DNA of 64,000 nt, taken from the NCBI RefSeq assembly GCF_009834535.1, contig NC_045697.1, positions 12,154,001 through 12,218,000 of the forward strand, written 5' to 3'. The notes under the pieces were generated by a model, which was not told the DNA's origin, searched no databases, and saw only the letters and a program-made list of their open reading frames with translations. This document shows, piece after piece, positions 1 through 12,532 of the stretch. Position numbers and translations under genes: made by a program. Each line of letters opens with the position of its first letter. The first letter of the stretch is position 1. The DNA is from Camelus ferus. Lineage: Eukaryota.

Positions 1-439
1 AATAAAATTTCCTTTTTTCTGAGAATTAGGTCTTCCCTCTCACCCACTAGACTATACCGTCTCAACTTAATTAGAATATGCAAATAAAAATTTTAGACAA
101 GTCCTAAAGAATTTTATAAAGATAAATGGAAGAACCACTGCTTCCTCCAAATTTAAACTATGCCCTCAAAAGGTTATTAGAGTTGTGTAAAACCAGTGAA
201 ACAGTAATTCAATGACTAAACATTTCTGAAAGGAATTTAGAATCTCTTATATTTTCAATATTTTTGACTGACTCCTGGAACATCTTAGAATTTTGGCACT
301 TGCTTTTCACATGCAAGGACTCTTAAAAGATTTTGCTTTAGCATACTACTGCTATAAGTCACGGTTTTTAAAAGCTGGATAGACAATCATGATTTTAAAG
401 CATTGCTATTGATCTTTAAAATTATTCCTTTTCTACATG

Positions 440-3100
440 CACTCAATTAAGTTATTGAGTATTAACTATACCAGGTACTATTCTAGATGCTTGCGATATA
501 GCAAAATAGACAAAATCCCTGTCTTACTGTTCTTATATTCTAGAAGTAGCAGATAACAAAGAGATGGTAAAAGAGGAGTCAGTCAGGGAAACAAATAAAC
601 AAAAAGCAGAATGATAGGAAAGAGAGTGACTGAAAGAATTATAAACAGAATGACTGGGGCAATGGGTGGCATCTGGCCATTGGTAATGTTTGGTAATATG
701 AAGGAGTGCAATGCTCAGGCAGAAACAGGATTCCAGGTAGAGGTAATAGCAACAGCAAGTAGGAAGACCCTGAGATGGGAATAAAGTTAGCACACTTAAG
801 AAAAAGCAAAGAAGCCAGAGTCTGCAAAAGAATGGGCAATTAAGAGATGTGGTTAAAGAGGAGGCAGAACCAGACCATGCAGATCAAGTCCTTGATAGAT
901 TTTTTACTCTGACATGCAAAGCCAATTAAACATTTTTGGGCAGAGGAATGTTCTGGTTAAGGCTTTAGAAATATCATTTTGCCTTCTATGAAGAAAAATG
1001 AATTGGTACGGAAGGGCAAAGGAGAAGCAGAGACACCAGTTAGGAGGCTCTTTAAGGAGTATATGTAAAAAATGAAGTGCCGTGGATTAGGATGGTAGCA
1101 AAAGAAATGTTGAGACACGGTCAGATTCTGGACAGATTTTGAAGGTAGAGCCAATGGGACTTGACTGTAGGTTGAATGTGGGTATAAAGGACACTGAGGA
1201 ATCAAGAAAGGCTCCAAGCTTTGGGGGCTGACCACCTGGGTCAAAAGTGATACATTTTACTAAAATGGGAAAGACTAGGGCAGAGGAAAGTTTCGTTGAG
1301 AGTAAAATCAACTGTTCTGTTTTAGTCAGGTCATTCTGAGATGCCTATCAGATATTCTAGTAAAGAAAGATATAAGAAAGAAGACATGATATAAGATCAA
1401 GTAGACAGATATAAGAGAGTAAAGCTAGAGGAAAGATTAGGATTAGATGTAATTCTATAATATGCAGATGTCATCAGCACGTACATTATAATTAAATCCA
1501 CTGGACAAAATGAGGCCATCAAGTAAGAGAAGGTATAATGGGAAGAACGACAGCTGAGGACTAACTCCTGGGCTCTTCAATATTTAAAGGTCAAGAAGAT
1601 AAAAATCAGCAAGAAGCATATGAAAGAAGTTATCTGCAAGAAATAGGAAAAAGAAATTAAAAGAATATAATTTCCTAGAAACCAGGATTAAGGAAGTGAT
1701 CAATTCTATCAAATGATGCTGAAAGCCTGAATAAGTTGAGAATTGATAACTTTCTTCTGAGTAGTACAAGATGGAATTACCAATGAAATTGATAAAAACA
1801 ATTTCAGTGGAATAGTAGGAAAGAAAGTTTAATTGGGATGGGTTGAAAAGACAAGGAGAGTTGAGAAGTGAAGATGGTAAAAGTATAGAAAGAACAAATA
1901 TTTATTAAACATCTACCAAATGTCAGATGCTTCAGATATATCAGTCAGTAAAAATAAAAAAATCCAATTCTTCATAGTGTTTATATTCTAGCAGGAAGAA
2001 AAAGATAATAAACAATAAATAAAAGGAAAAAGTAAATTATATAATATGTAAGAAGGTGATTGTGCTACAAAAAAAGGAAGGGTGATTTTTAGTTGTGACG
2101 GTTTGAGGAGACAGAGAACATAACCACCTGTAATAGAGGAAACTGACTAGGTGAGACATCACAGTCAGCATAACCGGGTGTTTTACTCTAGTTAAGTTCA
2201 GCTGTTCCAGGACAAGGGTGTAATATATACAGAATTGGGTTAAAACACAGATAAGGTTCTGATAAACAAATATGAAGAAAAGAAGGGAGTTAAGATTTAT
2301 AGAAAGATGACCACAGCGATCAAGCACAGTATCTGAGCTGAGTAAGGAGAGATGTGAAGTCATGAGAAGACAATAAACAGTAAGAAGTGGTATGGGCAAT
2401 AGATTGCAGGATGCAAGGAGGTTAAAAAAAAAAAATACTGGCATGACTACTGGAATAAAATGGTAGTTAGAAAAAGAGATGGTTGAAATTTTATTTGGCA
2501 GGAGGCAATGGTCTAGGGATGATTATGGGAAAAGGTAGCTGGAGTGGAATGGAGGGAGAGATCATTTGAAATGAAAAGATCAAGTAACTGAGAGGCCAGA
2601 ATGTTGACCATATCAGCTACATAGAACTTGAAGTCACCAAGAACTATGATGAGAGGAAGAAAGTGAAAGGGCTGGTAGAGGTCTGCAACATGATAATATT
2701 AATGGGATGTTTGATGTCATGTGCTCCAAACAAGCTGATGGTTTTGATGATGAGGGCAAATAAATGATCAGAAAGCAGCTATACAGATCTCAGAAGTTGC
2801 TTGTTAATTTTATCATACTTACATTACATAAAGCAAGGAATTAAAAATATCCAGCAAGAGAAAGGGTTATAAAAGCATCTTTTATGAATATATATGCTTC
2901 AGTTATAGCAAAAAAGTAAAGGTAATATTAAGAGAAAAGACTAAGGATATAGGGGATTGCTGATGAAAGACCACAAGTTCCAGAAGACACAGTGGGAAAA
3001 ATGTGGGTGCTTGTAAAGCTGTAACTGGGTCAAATTAGAGGTGAAAAAAGACAAAAAAAGGGAAGAATCCAGGTGATGAAGAATGACCCCATAGTCAGGC
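440..3100 (-). mobile_element. Degraded L2 LINE remnants
   Basis: L2 3'-end-like text (attgagtattaactataccaggtactattctag...; aacaaatatttattaaacatctac at ~1895) followed by purine-rich L2 body-like sequence. Confidence 0.6.
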
Positions 3101-4254
3101 CTTTAATTTCTGCTGTATTGCAGGCAGAAAGGTGATTTTAATAGAAATGCAAAAATTTTTTAATCTAGTCCTAATTTTAAGTGTGTTCTTAGAATTTCAT
3201 TCATGTCCTCTGTATACTGGCAAAACAAGGAAAATCTTTTCATGAACATTTCTGAATGTGGCTTATAATGGATATGTGGATTATTTTATGGCACTAACAT
3301 ACAATTCCCTGAGAGTTCCAAAAAGGCAACCCACATATAAAAAGAAAGCCTATGTATGACCACAATGGTATCACAAAGGCACACTTGTAAAAGAAACACT
3401 TATGGCCTGAATGAATTAGGTCAAATTTAAATAGTCAGGGATGATTGCACTTAGAGAAAAGTGATCTAAAATATTAACACTCCTGTTTCTAAGAAATCAA
3501 ATGTTTTATCATCAGTCATAATCCACTTAGTTAAAGAGCAGTGTAAATATTTATTTCATGCAATAGTATAAAGCTTAAAAACGAAGAGTTTAAAAGGAAA
3601 CGGGTCTGTGTTCAGAAAAGGCATGAAAAACTTTACATAAAACCTGGCTATCAGTTAATTCAAGGGGAAAGGGCTGTTTAATCGCAGCTTTCAACTAACT
3701 ACATCAGATACAGACGGAAGGTCTGTGAAAAGACAAGACCAGAACAGTAGTTACATAAATGGTAAATGTATGTGGGGGTAAAAGATAAACTAGGAAAAAC
3801 ATACTGTATTTTGCTGAAAGGTTTTATTGTACTATATACTTAGTATGATTCATTCAGCTATAATGTGCATACTATTTGTCCAATTTATTCAAGTTAAGTA
3901 GCCTTTTTTAATTTAAAAATAAAAGATGAGACATCTTCCTGAACCATAAGCCAGTGATTTACACGACTTTAGGTGATTAGAGAATGTGAAGCTAAAAGTC
4001 AAAATAATTCAGTTTATATCTTATGGGGATAGCCTCATAAAAGGCATTTTATATCTATATGCCTATGTTTATTCACACTTCAAAACAACTAAATTTACTG
4101 ATATTCAAACTATACATAGTAATAAACTTAAGTACAAAGTAGGAAAATATAAACTATACGTACATGCTAAATAATTTTCTTCTTCAAACAGAGTAAGTGT
4201 TAATACCACTGAGTATGTACAGAAACTGGAAGCTATCTGGACAGTTTATCTTAG

Positions 4255-4385
4255 TACTCATTCATTCATTCAAGAAATATTTACTGAAGATCTAAGATGT
4301 GACAAGTACTGTTCCAGATACCTGGGATTCTGCAATTAACAGAACAAAGTCTCTACTATCATGGAGCTTTCATTCTACTCTAGCA
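4255..4385 (-). mobile_element. L2 3' end fragment
   Basis: cattcattcattcaagaaatatttactga...atcatggagctttcattcta, typical of the L2 terminus. Confidence 0.7.
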
Positions 4386-5762
4386 CTCTGGACAATTTCT
4401 AGGGTTAACCTCTGGAAGGAATTCAATTTTGAAAAACTTCTAAAGTAAAGAACATACAAAATTAGTTAAAAGTTCACTTCTGCACTAAAATATCCCCTCC
4501 TCCTGATTCTATTTATTCAATCCTGAAAGAGTATCTTTGACTTGTTTCTCATTATAAGTGATTGTCCGAACTGTATTTAGTTTAGTAAGTTTTCTCCAAT
4601 TATTAAACACTATGAAGGAACTAATCACTAAAGCTGTTCATAGTTCATAAAAAGGAAAAGGAAACCTATGAGAAACAGAGCATTTCTCATAGTTTCTCTC
4701 TAGTTTGCCTAATTCAATTAAAATAATTCTAGTCCTAGGCTGCTAAGTAGTAGAGAATAGGAAGGCTTTTCTATTTAATACTTAAAAGAACTTCAGTGCT
4801 CTCCACACAGAACATCTCTGACCTTTTTAAAATTTCTTTCAAGGATTCAAATGTTCACAACACAGAATTTAACTTCTCTGTGCTTCATTGTCTCTATCTG
4901 TTAAAATGATAATAAGAGGACCTCTCTCTTAAAACTGTTTTGGGATTAAATGAGATAAAGCACCAAAAGGGTCTAGTGTTCCATCATAAGTGATGGCCTC
5001 AATGATAATAATTATCCTAAGTGTGAGTTCTCAATAATAATAGTTTACATTTAATTTATCATCATTATCCCCAAAATTATAGTTAGGAAGGATAACAAAC
5101 AAGCTACAATGAGGATTATATTAAAAGATTTTCTTGTTTTGGCAAGATGATCTCATGCTTATGTTCCTCAAACTAACCAACAGATTTAAATATCAGTAAC
5201 ATTAATGTTATTAATATCCAGAACTCCTAAAAATGACTGAGAAATTTTCAGGAATCAAATGAAAACTTCACTAAACAATATGTTTTATTAACATTTTATT
5301 TGCTTCAAAGTCTCAGAAGTATTTCCTGTCTTTAAAAACACATTTTTTGCCTTTTATTTCAAAGCAGAGTAAATAGAACTTCCTAAAAAAATAAACAAAT
5401 AATAAACAATTACACAAAGGAATTAGGACCATTTAAAAGATAGTTATTATCTTCTAGCCTCATCCTGGTCAGACCATACTGGAAATCTCTAAAATGATTT
5501 TATTCAAAGAAAATGAAAAACAAACAACAGAAACAAACCCAAGTAAACAAGTAGAAAAGTATTTATGTTTAATTAAATCTGGAAAGTGATGATGGACTAC
5601 AAATAAAGAAATTAACAAAGATAAAAATACTTAAGACCTGAAGTAAAGCAAAAATACTAGTAAGACTCTTTCATTTAAAAACCCTGGGATCTTTCAAAGA
5701 TCTTGAAGAAAATCAAAAAAATCCCCAAATGGAGAGGTCACTAAATATCCATGAACACTCAC

Positions 5763-5809
5763 CCAACCATTGGTAGGAGACCTCTTGGAGACCCAGATGC
5801 TTGAATCAG
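5763..5809 (-). other. LCORL: Putative 47-nt alternative (frameshifting/poison) cassette exon of LCORL in intron 4
   Basis: Acceptor tatttcag|CTGATT and strong donor TGG|gtgagt. After exon 4 it reads ADSSIWVSKRSPTNGW with no internal stop; length is not a multiple of 3. Confidence 0.7.
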
Positions 5810-7252
5810 CTGAAATAGTACCAAGTTTTTACTGATTACTCTTAACAGGGCAATGGAGCACAGGTTAACTCCATACTATCAAATATTAAAGGTTATTACT
5901 ATTGATAATTCTACCTACTACCATTACAAATTATTCAAAGGAGACTGAGTAATAAGTTCAAAGGTGAGTGAAAGTTAACTGCATGCATGGGTGCAAATGC
6001 ATACATTTCCTACAGCTCTCTCAGTGATGTAAATCTGATACAATAATTCTTCTTAGAAGTGTAAACTTACAGACAGAATACAATTTTTAAAATTAATATT
6101 ATAAAATTCATAAAGCATGTAAAGTATTTTTATATTGGTTCACATAGAAAATTTTGGAAAAATAATTTTTTTAAAGACAATGCCACTTTTTCAATACTAA
6201 GTACTTTAGTAACACAGGAAAAGGTTTTCAGTTCTTTGAACTTAAAATATAGTTCTTAACTTTAGGCCTTTAAATATACTGATGATTCTTCTAACCAGAG
6301 GATTTTCATATTTCAACACATAAAAGAACTCATAACATTAAGACTAAACAAAAGCCTCCTTTCTCAAAGGGAAGGACTATATTCAACATCATTCATTAAA
6401 ACCTGGAAGCTATTAATTTAACAGAAAATATTTAATATTACCTAATTCAAAAGAGAGTAAAAGCACAGTCAGTACTTGGATGAAAACACAGTAATGTTTT
6501 TCTCAATCTCTGGAAGCTGGGAGGTAGGATGATCCCTCCACCACCCCCCTGAAATCCCCCCATGCCATGACTTACTCCAAAGGTCTATGTGGTAAAAATT
6601 AAGACACTCTACTACTAATGCAGAAATGGCCAAGAACAAAAAATGGAAGGTTCTACGTGTCTGTATTTTTCTCAAGTAATTCAAGATACAAAAACTACTT
6701 CTGCCTAATAAATGTGTATCAAGGGAACAAGTGAAACAAGCTTCATTTGGATTAAATAGTTTAGATAGACAGGAAGCAAAGAAGAACACTGACATTTTAA
6801 TGTCAAGTAAGCATATTCAGGATATCAAAGAAACACTGAAATCTCAATTCAGCAAATATACTACCAACCTGGCTGGTAAATGATTTAACTGTTCCATTTC
6901 TAAAAATAGCTTTGCAATATATCACTTATTGAACATGAATAATTTTCAAGTCTTGTGCAACCAAATAAGGAAGACTAGAAGCATTAAAAATTTTCATCTG
7001 CCTATAGTAGATTAAGAAAATAAAGACAGGGAGAGATTTGAGAATAGAATAGTGAAAAGGAATGCCTAATAAAGACTAGGTCTACAGTGACTGCAAATCC
7101 TAATGTCTCTAAAAATACAAAGAAAAACTAGCGATAAAGAAAAAATCAAGAATGGAGTAGAGATTGACATACTAAAAACATGTGTGTGAGGAAAATTAAA
7201 ACATTTTAGATCTCTATTGAAAATTTTACATGACAAAGTATATCAATATTAC

Positions 7253-7382
7253 CTTTCTTTCGAAAGAGTGCATTTAGGTAATTTTCTGCTTGGCATTCAA
7301 TCTTTTCAGTGTTGGACTGGCCCTGAGATGATAGTTCCTCTGTTGGTGTTGACTGTGAAGAATCAAGAGATGGTATACAATC
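7253..7382 (-). CDS. LCORL: LCORL coding exon 4 (130 nt, [43 protein letters not shown])
   Basis: Acceptor ctcctaattctag|GATTGT and donor AAAG|gtaata. Open frame continuing exon 3; ends in phase 1. Confidence 0.97.
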
Positions 7383-8266
7383 CTAGAATTAGGAGAAAGC
7401 AACACACACACACACAAATCACTTTTTATTTAAACACAGGACTCCATTTAAAATGGCAAAAAAAAAAATTAATTCTCTAAATGCTCATTTGTTCTACCTT
7501 TTAAATAAATTATATACAGATCACAAAATTTAGGAGCAGAGTCAGGAAAAAAGATATTTATCTTTTACAGAGGGCCAAATTAGCATTATTCTTCAGCAAA
7601 ATTTTTGTCAAAAAGGGGGGAGGACAGATAAAATATATTGTTAAATAAATTCACTATATAGCATGCCAATAATAAGTTTTAAGAACAAAGCAGATGTGTT
7701 TACACACTAATCTAACCAAAATGGGTACAAGTTCTCAAGTTCCCACTTCTTCTCAACAGTACATAAAGAATCAGGACTTCCCACCATACAAGAAGATGCT
7801 GCTCATCTAGTTTATGGCCTGTTTACTGTAGACACCAATAATTAATCATGTCACAGGAGATAATTATTTGATATCCAAAAGACTTCATAAGAAAGTTAAA
7901 AGGCTAAAATGTAATGCTACATTATCCTCCAACCACCAATTCCTAAGAAATCAGACTATAGGATGGCCTCAGACCAAACTGTCTTCCTAAATATAAAACA
8001 GATCTGCAACTTAACTTTATGAGTCAGGGAGTTCTAAGAAAGAAATGTAAAATAAGCAAAAAAAGATGAGTGTGTTGGGATTTTCATCCGTAGGTTAAAC
8101 TAAATGTTAGACTTCTAATGTAAGACTTTAAAATATTATTCTCATTACTAAAATCAAGTATTTAAATTTCACTGTAAGTCACATATTTTCAGAACAAATT
8201 AAGTTTAAAAATTGTGTTACAATTGTACAATTAGTTTAGAAATAATTTCACAGCACTAAAACTTAC

Positions 8267-8346
8267 ACTGACTGCTTCTCTCTGTAGGTTACAAAATGAA
8301 CATTTTTCATCCATAGACCAGTCAGTCAGCTCTTCTGGTTCACAGT
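8267..8346 (-). CDS. LCORL: LCORL coding exon 3 (80 nt, [27 protein letters not shown])
   Basis: Acceptor ctcttttaaag|ACTGTG and donor CAGT|gtaagt. The peptide is visible in ORF 8231..8428; phase 1 to phase 0. Confidence 0.97.
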
Positions 8347-9929
8347 CTTTAAAAGAGGGAAAAATATTGATTAAATACACTAACTTTATTAAAATAAATA
8401 AAATTACCTCTCTATAGCAATGGCTCATATAAAAAAAACTAACTACTAACTATAAGGGGAAAAGCCCTAACTTTAAAACTAAACTGGTGACATCTAGAAA
8501 GGAATATGAAGAGTAATTTTGCACTATTATCAGACAAAGCAGCAAGAACAATAAGCTGGTTATAAATTAATTTTCCAACATTAGAATTTTAAGTATTTAG
8601 CCTTCTGAAAGATTTAATTTATCATTGTCTATTAATTTTTACTTTCACTATGAAAGAAATCAGAAAAAACAAGACGATATGGGGGAAGAGGAATAAATTC
8701 TCCTTATCACGAAAGACAACATAAAACAGAGAAATGGAGTAAAGCACCAGAAAAGCCTTCAGAATTTGAGAAAATGGAATGCTGTCCCCCTAAAAAAGTA
8801 GAAATCCATTGCTAAAAAGTCAGATCAGATTTTTATTACATTGCTTAAAGGCTTTGCTGTAAGAGTTAGAGCAATAAGCAAGTAAACAAGTTATATTATT
8901 CAATATAAAATATGAATTTTTTTCGTAAGAATGTTCCTTATATTTCAACTATTGTAATATACTAAGAGTTCATGGAAAATGTTTTCTAATGAAGAAATTT
9001 TATTAACCTACAATAACATTATCATTCTAACCATACTTGGTAATAGATTGATTTTTCAAATTTGCTCCTTGCAACAGAAACTCCCTCCATTTCTTTTCCC
9101 AAATAAACTCACATACAGAACCTCAAATAAACCATTATCACCTGAGGCAGCTAAACTGGACTAATTTGAAAAGCATTGGTGTACCACAATAATTTCTCTT
9201 GTACTTTTAAAATACACAATGAAACTGAATGCGTTTTATGCTACACTATACAGGAAAAAACTCATCTTTCTGAAATAATGAGTAAATACTAGTTACGTTT
9301 AAACCCTGGGATACTCTTGAATTAATCCAGATATACAGGTCAAAAGAGAAGATAATATAATTTGTTGGAATATAAAGAGATTAGTGATTGCTTGCTCCCT
9401 TTGATTTTGGCAGTGGTCCAGAAATATTCCTAGTATTCATTTAAACTTGGAAAGAGCACAGAATGGGAACATAAGATCCAGTATGGAATAATGAAAAGAT
9501 GACTATATTTGAAATCTCCAAAATGGAATGGAACTTACTAGTTGTAATCTTGCCAAGTCACAAAGTTTTTGTTCTAATTTCCACGTCTATAAAATTAGGA
9601 TATCATCATGAAACTTACTTGTGGATCAAATTTTAAAAATATGAAAATACTTTATAAACTATAAAACATCATGCAAAGGCTAATTATTAACAAGGTAGTC
9701 ACCAGTCTTTTTTTTATATCCTATACTATCACACATGAATTTAATAAGGTTAATTTGTAGAAGGCATATAATTTTAATTGAAAATTAAGAAATCAGAAAT
9801 TCCTGCTTAAGAAAACTGATCACTTTTTGTAAATAACTGGTCAACTCATAAGGTATTTATATAATCTGTATAATTAAAAACCCAGAATTGTGCTATGCAG
9901 GCTTATAATTTTTTCCAACCTTTAACCCT

Positions 9930-10290
9930 CTTACTAGAACAGAATCATATTCACACTCTTGAATGTAGGATCGTGCAGTGTCTCTTACTAGGGAGGCACA
10001 GCTCTCTGACCAATGAAATGAATACAGAAAAGTGACAGTATACCATTCTACGCTTAGGCTTTAAAAGGTCTGGCAAGTTCCCACAGTTCTCTAGAACTTC
10101 CACCACCCAACATCAGAAGAATCTGCCCCATAAAGCCATTATTCCTTCAGACAGGGACCTGAAGTCATGAGGAAATGCAATCTTCACCCACAGCCTGGAG
10201 TCCAGTGAATTAGATTGCCCATAAGCATGAAATAGATTTTGGAGCTGTTTGTTATACAGAATTACTGTAGAAAAACTTGACTTGAAAAGC
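9930..10290 (+). mobile_element. MaLR LTR (old MLT1-type) fragment
   Basis: ctctgaccaatgaaatg and a 3' end like ttttggagctgtttgttatacag...ttgac. Confidence 0.55.
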
Positions 10291-11149
10291 AAGCATAACA
10301 TAATTTTGATAGATCAAGGAAACCTTACTGCTTTTTAAATTATGGCCTCATGAACAGAGGATATGAAAGAAATCCAGCATTGGGATTTTTGAAAAAACAG
10401 TAGGTCTGGAAAAGGAGTACTTTTGAAAAATCATTGAAAGGTTTCTTAAAGTTTCAGTGATAAATATGCTGACTTAAGGGACAACTTTGGATTAATTAAA
10501 ACAATTGCCAGTTGCAAAATAAAATTGGGCATGCTGAGATTATCTTTATTTATTTTAGTTATTTTAGGTGGAGTTATTCAAGGAAATGTTAATTAAAATA
10601 AATGCCAATATGGTTAAGTAAATGGCACTGAATAATCAATGATTACATAAATGCTGTTAAATTTTACTGGGTTCAAAAATCTATGACTTTACTTACAAAC
10701 ATTTAATAATTACTCTCTATATAGCAACTTTTAATTTTCAGTCCAAATAAATGATAGTGGCATACATACTTCCTAATGTAAGGAAAAGCTATTTTGAAAA
10801 ATCAACTCTAGGCCAGATGTCTTCCCTCTGTCCAGGCTGTCCTTCCAGGTCATAAAAATTAAATAAACACTACAACAAAACATTCATTTTACCTCTCAAA
10901 CAAAATCTGACAATCAATCAGATATTTATATCTAAAATAAGTAGTCTCTCATTTTGAGATTTTAATACATGAAGGTATAAGCTCAAAAAGGGTCAAATTA
11001 TGTACCTTATACAATTAGCCTTATTAATAAAAGGTGATGTATATATAAAAACTGATGGTAAAGAAATGACAAAAGTTCAACCTTTCTACCATGTATATTA
11101 CTCTTGTGGTCAAAGGCTCCAATCATTTATCTAATCTATATGGGAAAGA

Positions 11150-11325
11150 AAACAGACTCTGAAATTAGACAACCTTGTACTGAAACATGGTCTTTCCACA
11201 TACTAGAAGTGGCCTTGGGCACGTTACTTTCTCTGAGCTTCAATTTCCTCATCTGTAAAATGATAATAATTGCATCTTAAGGCTGTAGTAAAAATAAAAT
11301 AAAAACATATGCAAAACACGTAAGT
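11150..11325 (+). mobile_element. MIR SINE
   Basis: MIR core: ccttgggcacgttactttctctgagcttcaatttcctcatctgtaaaatg. Confidence 0.75.
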
Positions 11326-11704
11326 CCAACAGATGTTACTTTCATTTTCTTTTAACTAATCACACTTCTTTTCAATGTTTTTATTCTCTTCAATACCCTC
11401 TAACATCAAAAGATAAACTTGGAGTTTATTAACAAAGCTCAATAAAAAGTGAAAAAGTAGAATACTGAAATTAGGTTTTTCATTAAGGTCATGCAAAAAT
11501 AGTTATAACTTGATTTTGAGGAAAGAAACTGAACAGTGGGTAACATAATTAAAAAATAATTTTTCATTATGAAACTATGTATTAAATATATTGAAAGCAC
11601 AAAGGAGAAAAGAAACACTATTCATAATCCCATCATTCAGAGATGATTAACATTTTACAATATACTCTTGCAGTTTACATTCTATGCCTCTTAAAAAAAT
11701 TAGA

Positions 11705-12532
11705 GTCAGCTGATTTTTTTGAAAAGATTAATGAAATGATAAACCTCTAGCTAAGCTAACCAAGGAAAAGAAGAAAGAAAATATCAAAAATGAAAGATGA
11801 GCCATCATTACTGATCCTAAGTACTAGAAGAATAACGAAAGAATATTATGGACAACATTAGTTTCCCACAAACTTGGATTAAAAGATATAAATCTACCAT
11901 ATCTCACACAAGAAAAAATACATAATCTCAATAGGCATTTATCAATTAAAGAAATTAAATCAATAATTAGTAATGTTCCAAAACAGAAAGCATCAGCCCA
12001 AATGGTTTCTCTAATAATTTGTTTCAGAAAAAGGAAGCAGAGGAAATATTTCCTAACTCATTCTGTAACTCCAAAACCTGCTTGAACAGACACCTCACCT
12101 GAGAAGATATGCATATAGCAAATAAGCAAATGAAAAGGTGCTCACTATCATATGCCATCAGAGAAATGCAAAGTACAGTGAGATATCACTATACACCTAT
12201 TAGAATGTAAAGTCCAAAAAGTTGACAACATGAAATGCTGGTGAGGATGTAAAGCAAAAGGACCTTGTTACTGCTGGTGGGAACGCAAAGTATTACAGCC
12301 ACTCATGAAGATAGTCTGACAGTTTCTTACAAAGCTAAACACAGTCTTTCCCTTTCAAATGATCTAGCAATGGTACTTCTAGGTATTTACCCAAATATGC
12401 TGAAAGTTACGTCCACACAAAAACCTGCACACAAATGTTTATAGCAACTTTATTCCTAATTGCCAAACCTAGGAAGTGACCAAGAGGTCTTTCAGATAAG
12501 TGACTGGATAAGCAAACTGTGGTACATCTATA
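11705..12532 (+). mobile_element. Old L1 ORF2/3' fragments, ending at the Tigger1 insertion
   Basis: L1 ORF2-like text (tttgaaaagattaatgaaatgataaacctctagc; gagatatcactatacacctattagaatg; ggataagcaaactgtggtacatc). Confidence 0.8.

Noticed and set aside
6576..6704. Possible cryptic exon (GGA|gtaagt donor followed by G-runs)
   Set aside because: The exonic side of the donor is weak and I found no convincing acceptor or polypyrimidine tract.
1..7252. Downstream LCORL exons (HTH/pipsqueak domain, PALI2 exon) or NCAPG
   Set aside because: No matching coding sequence in the window; they should lie beyond position 1.
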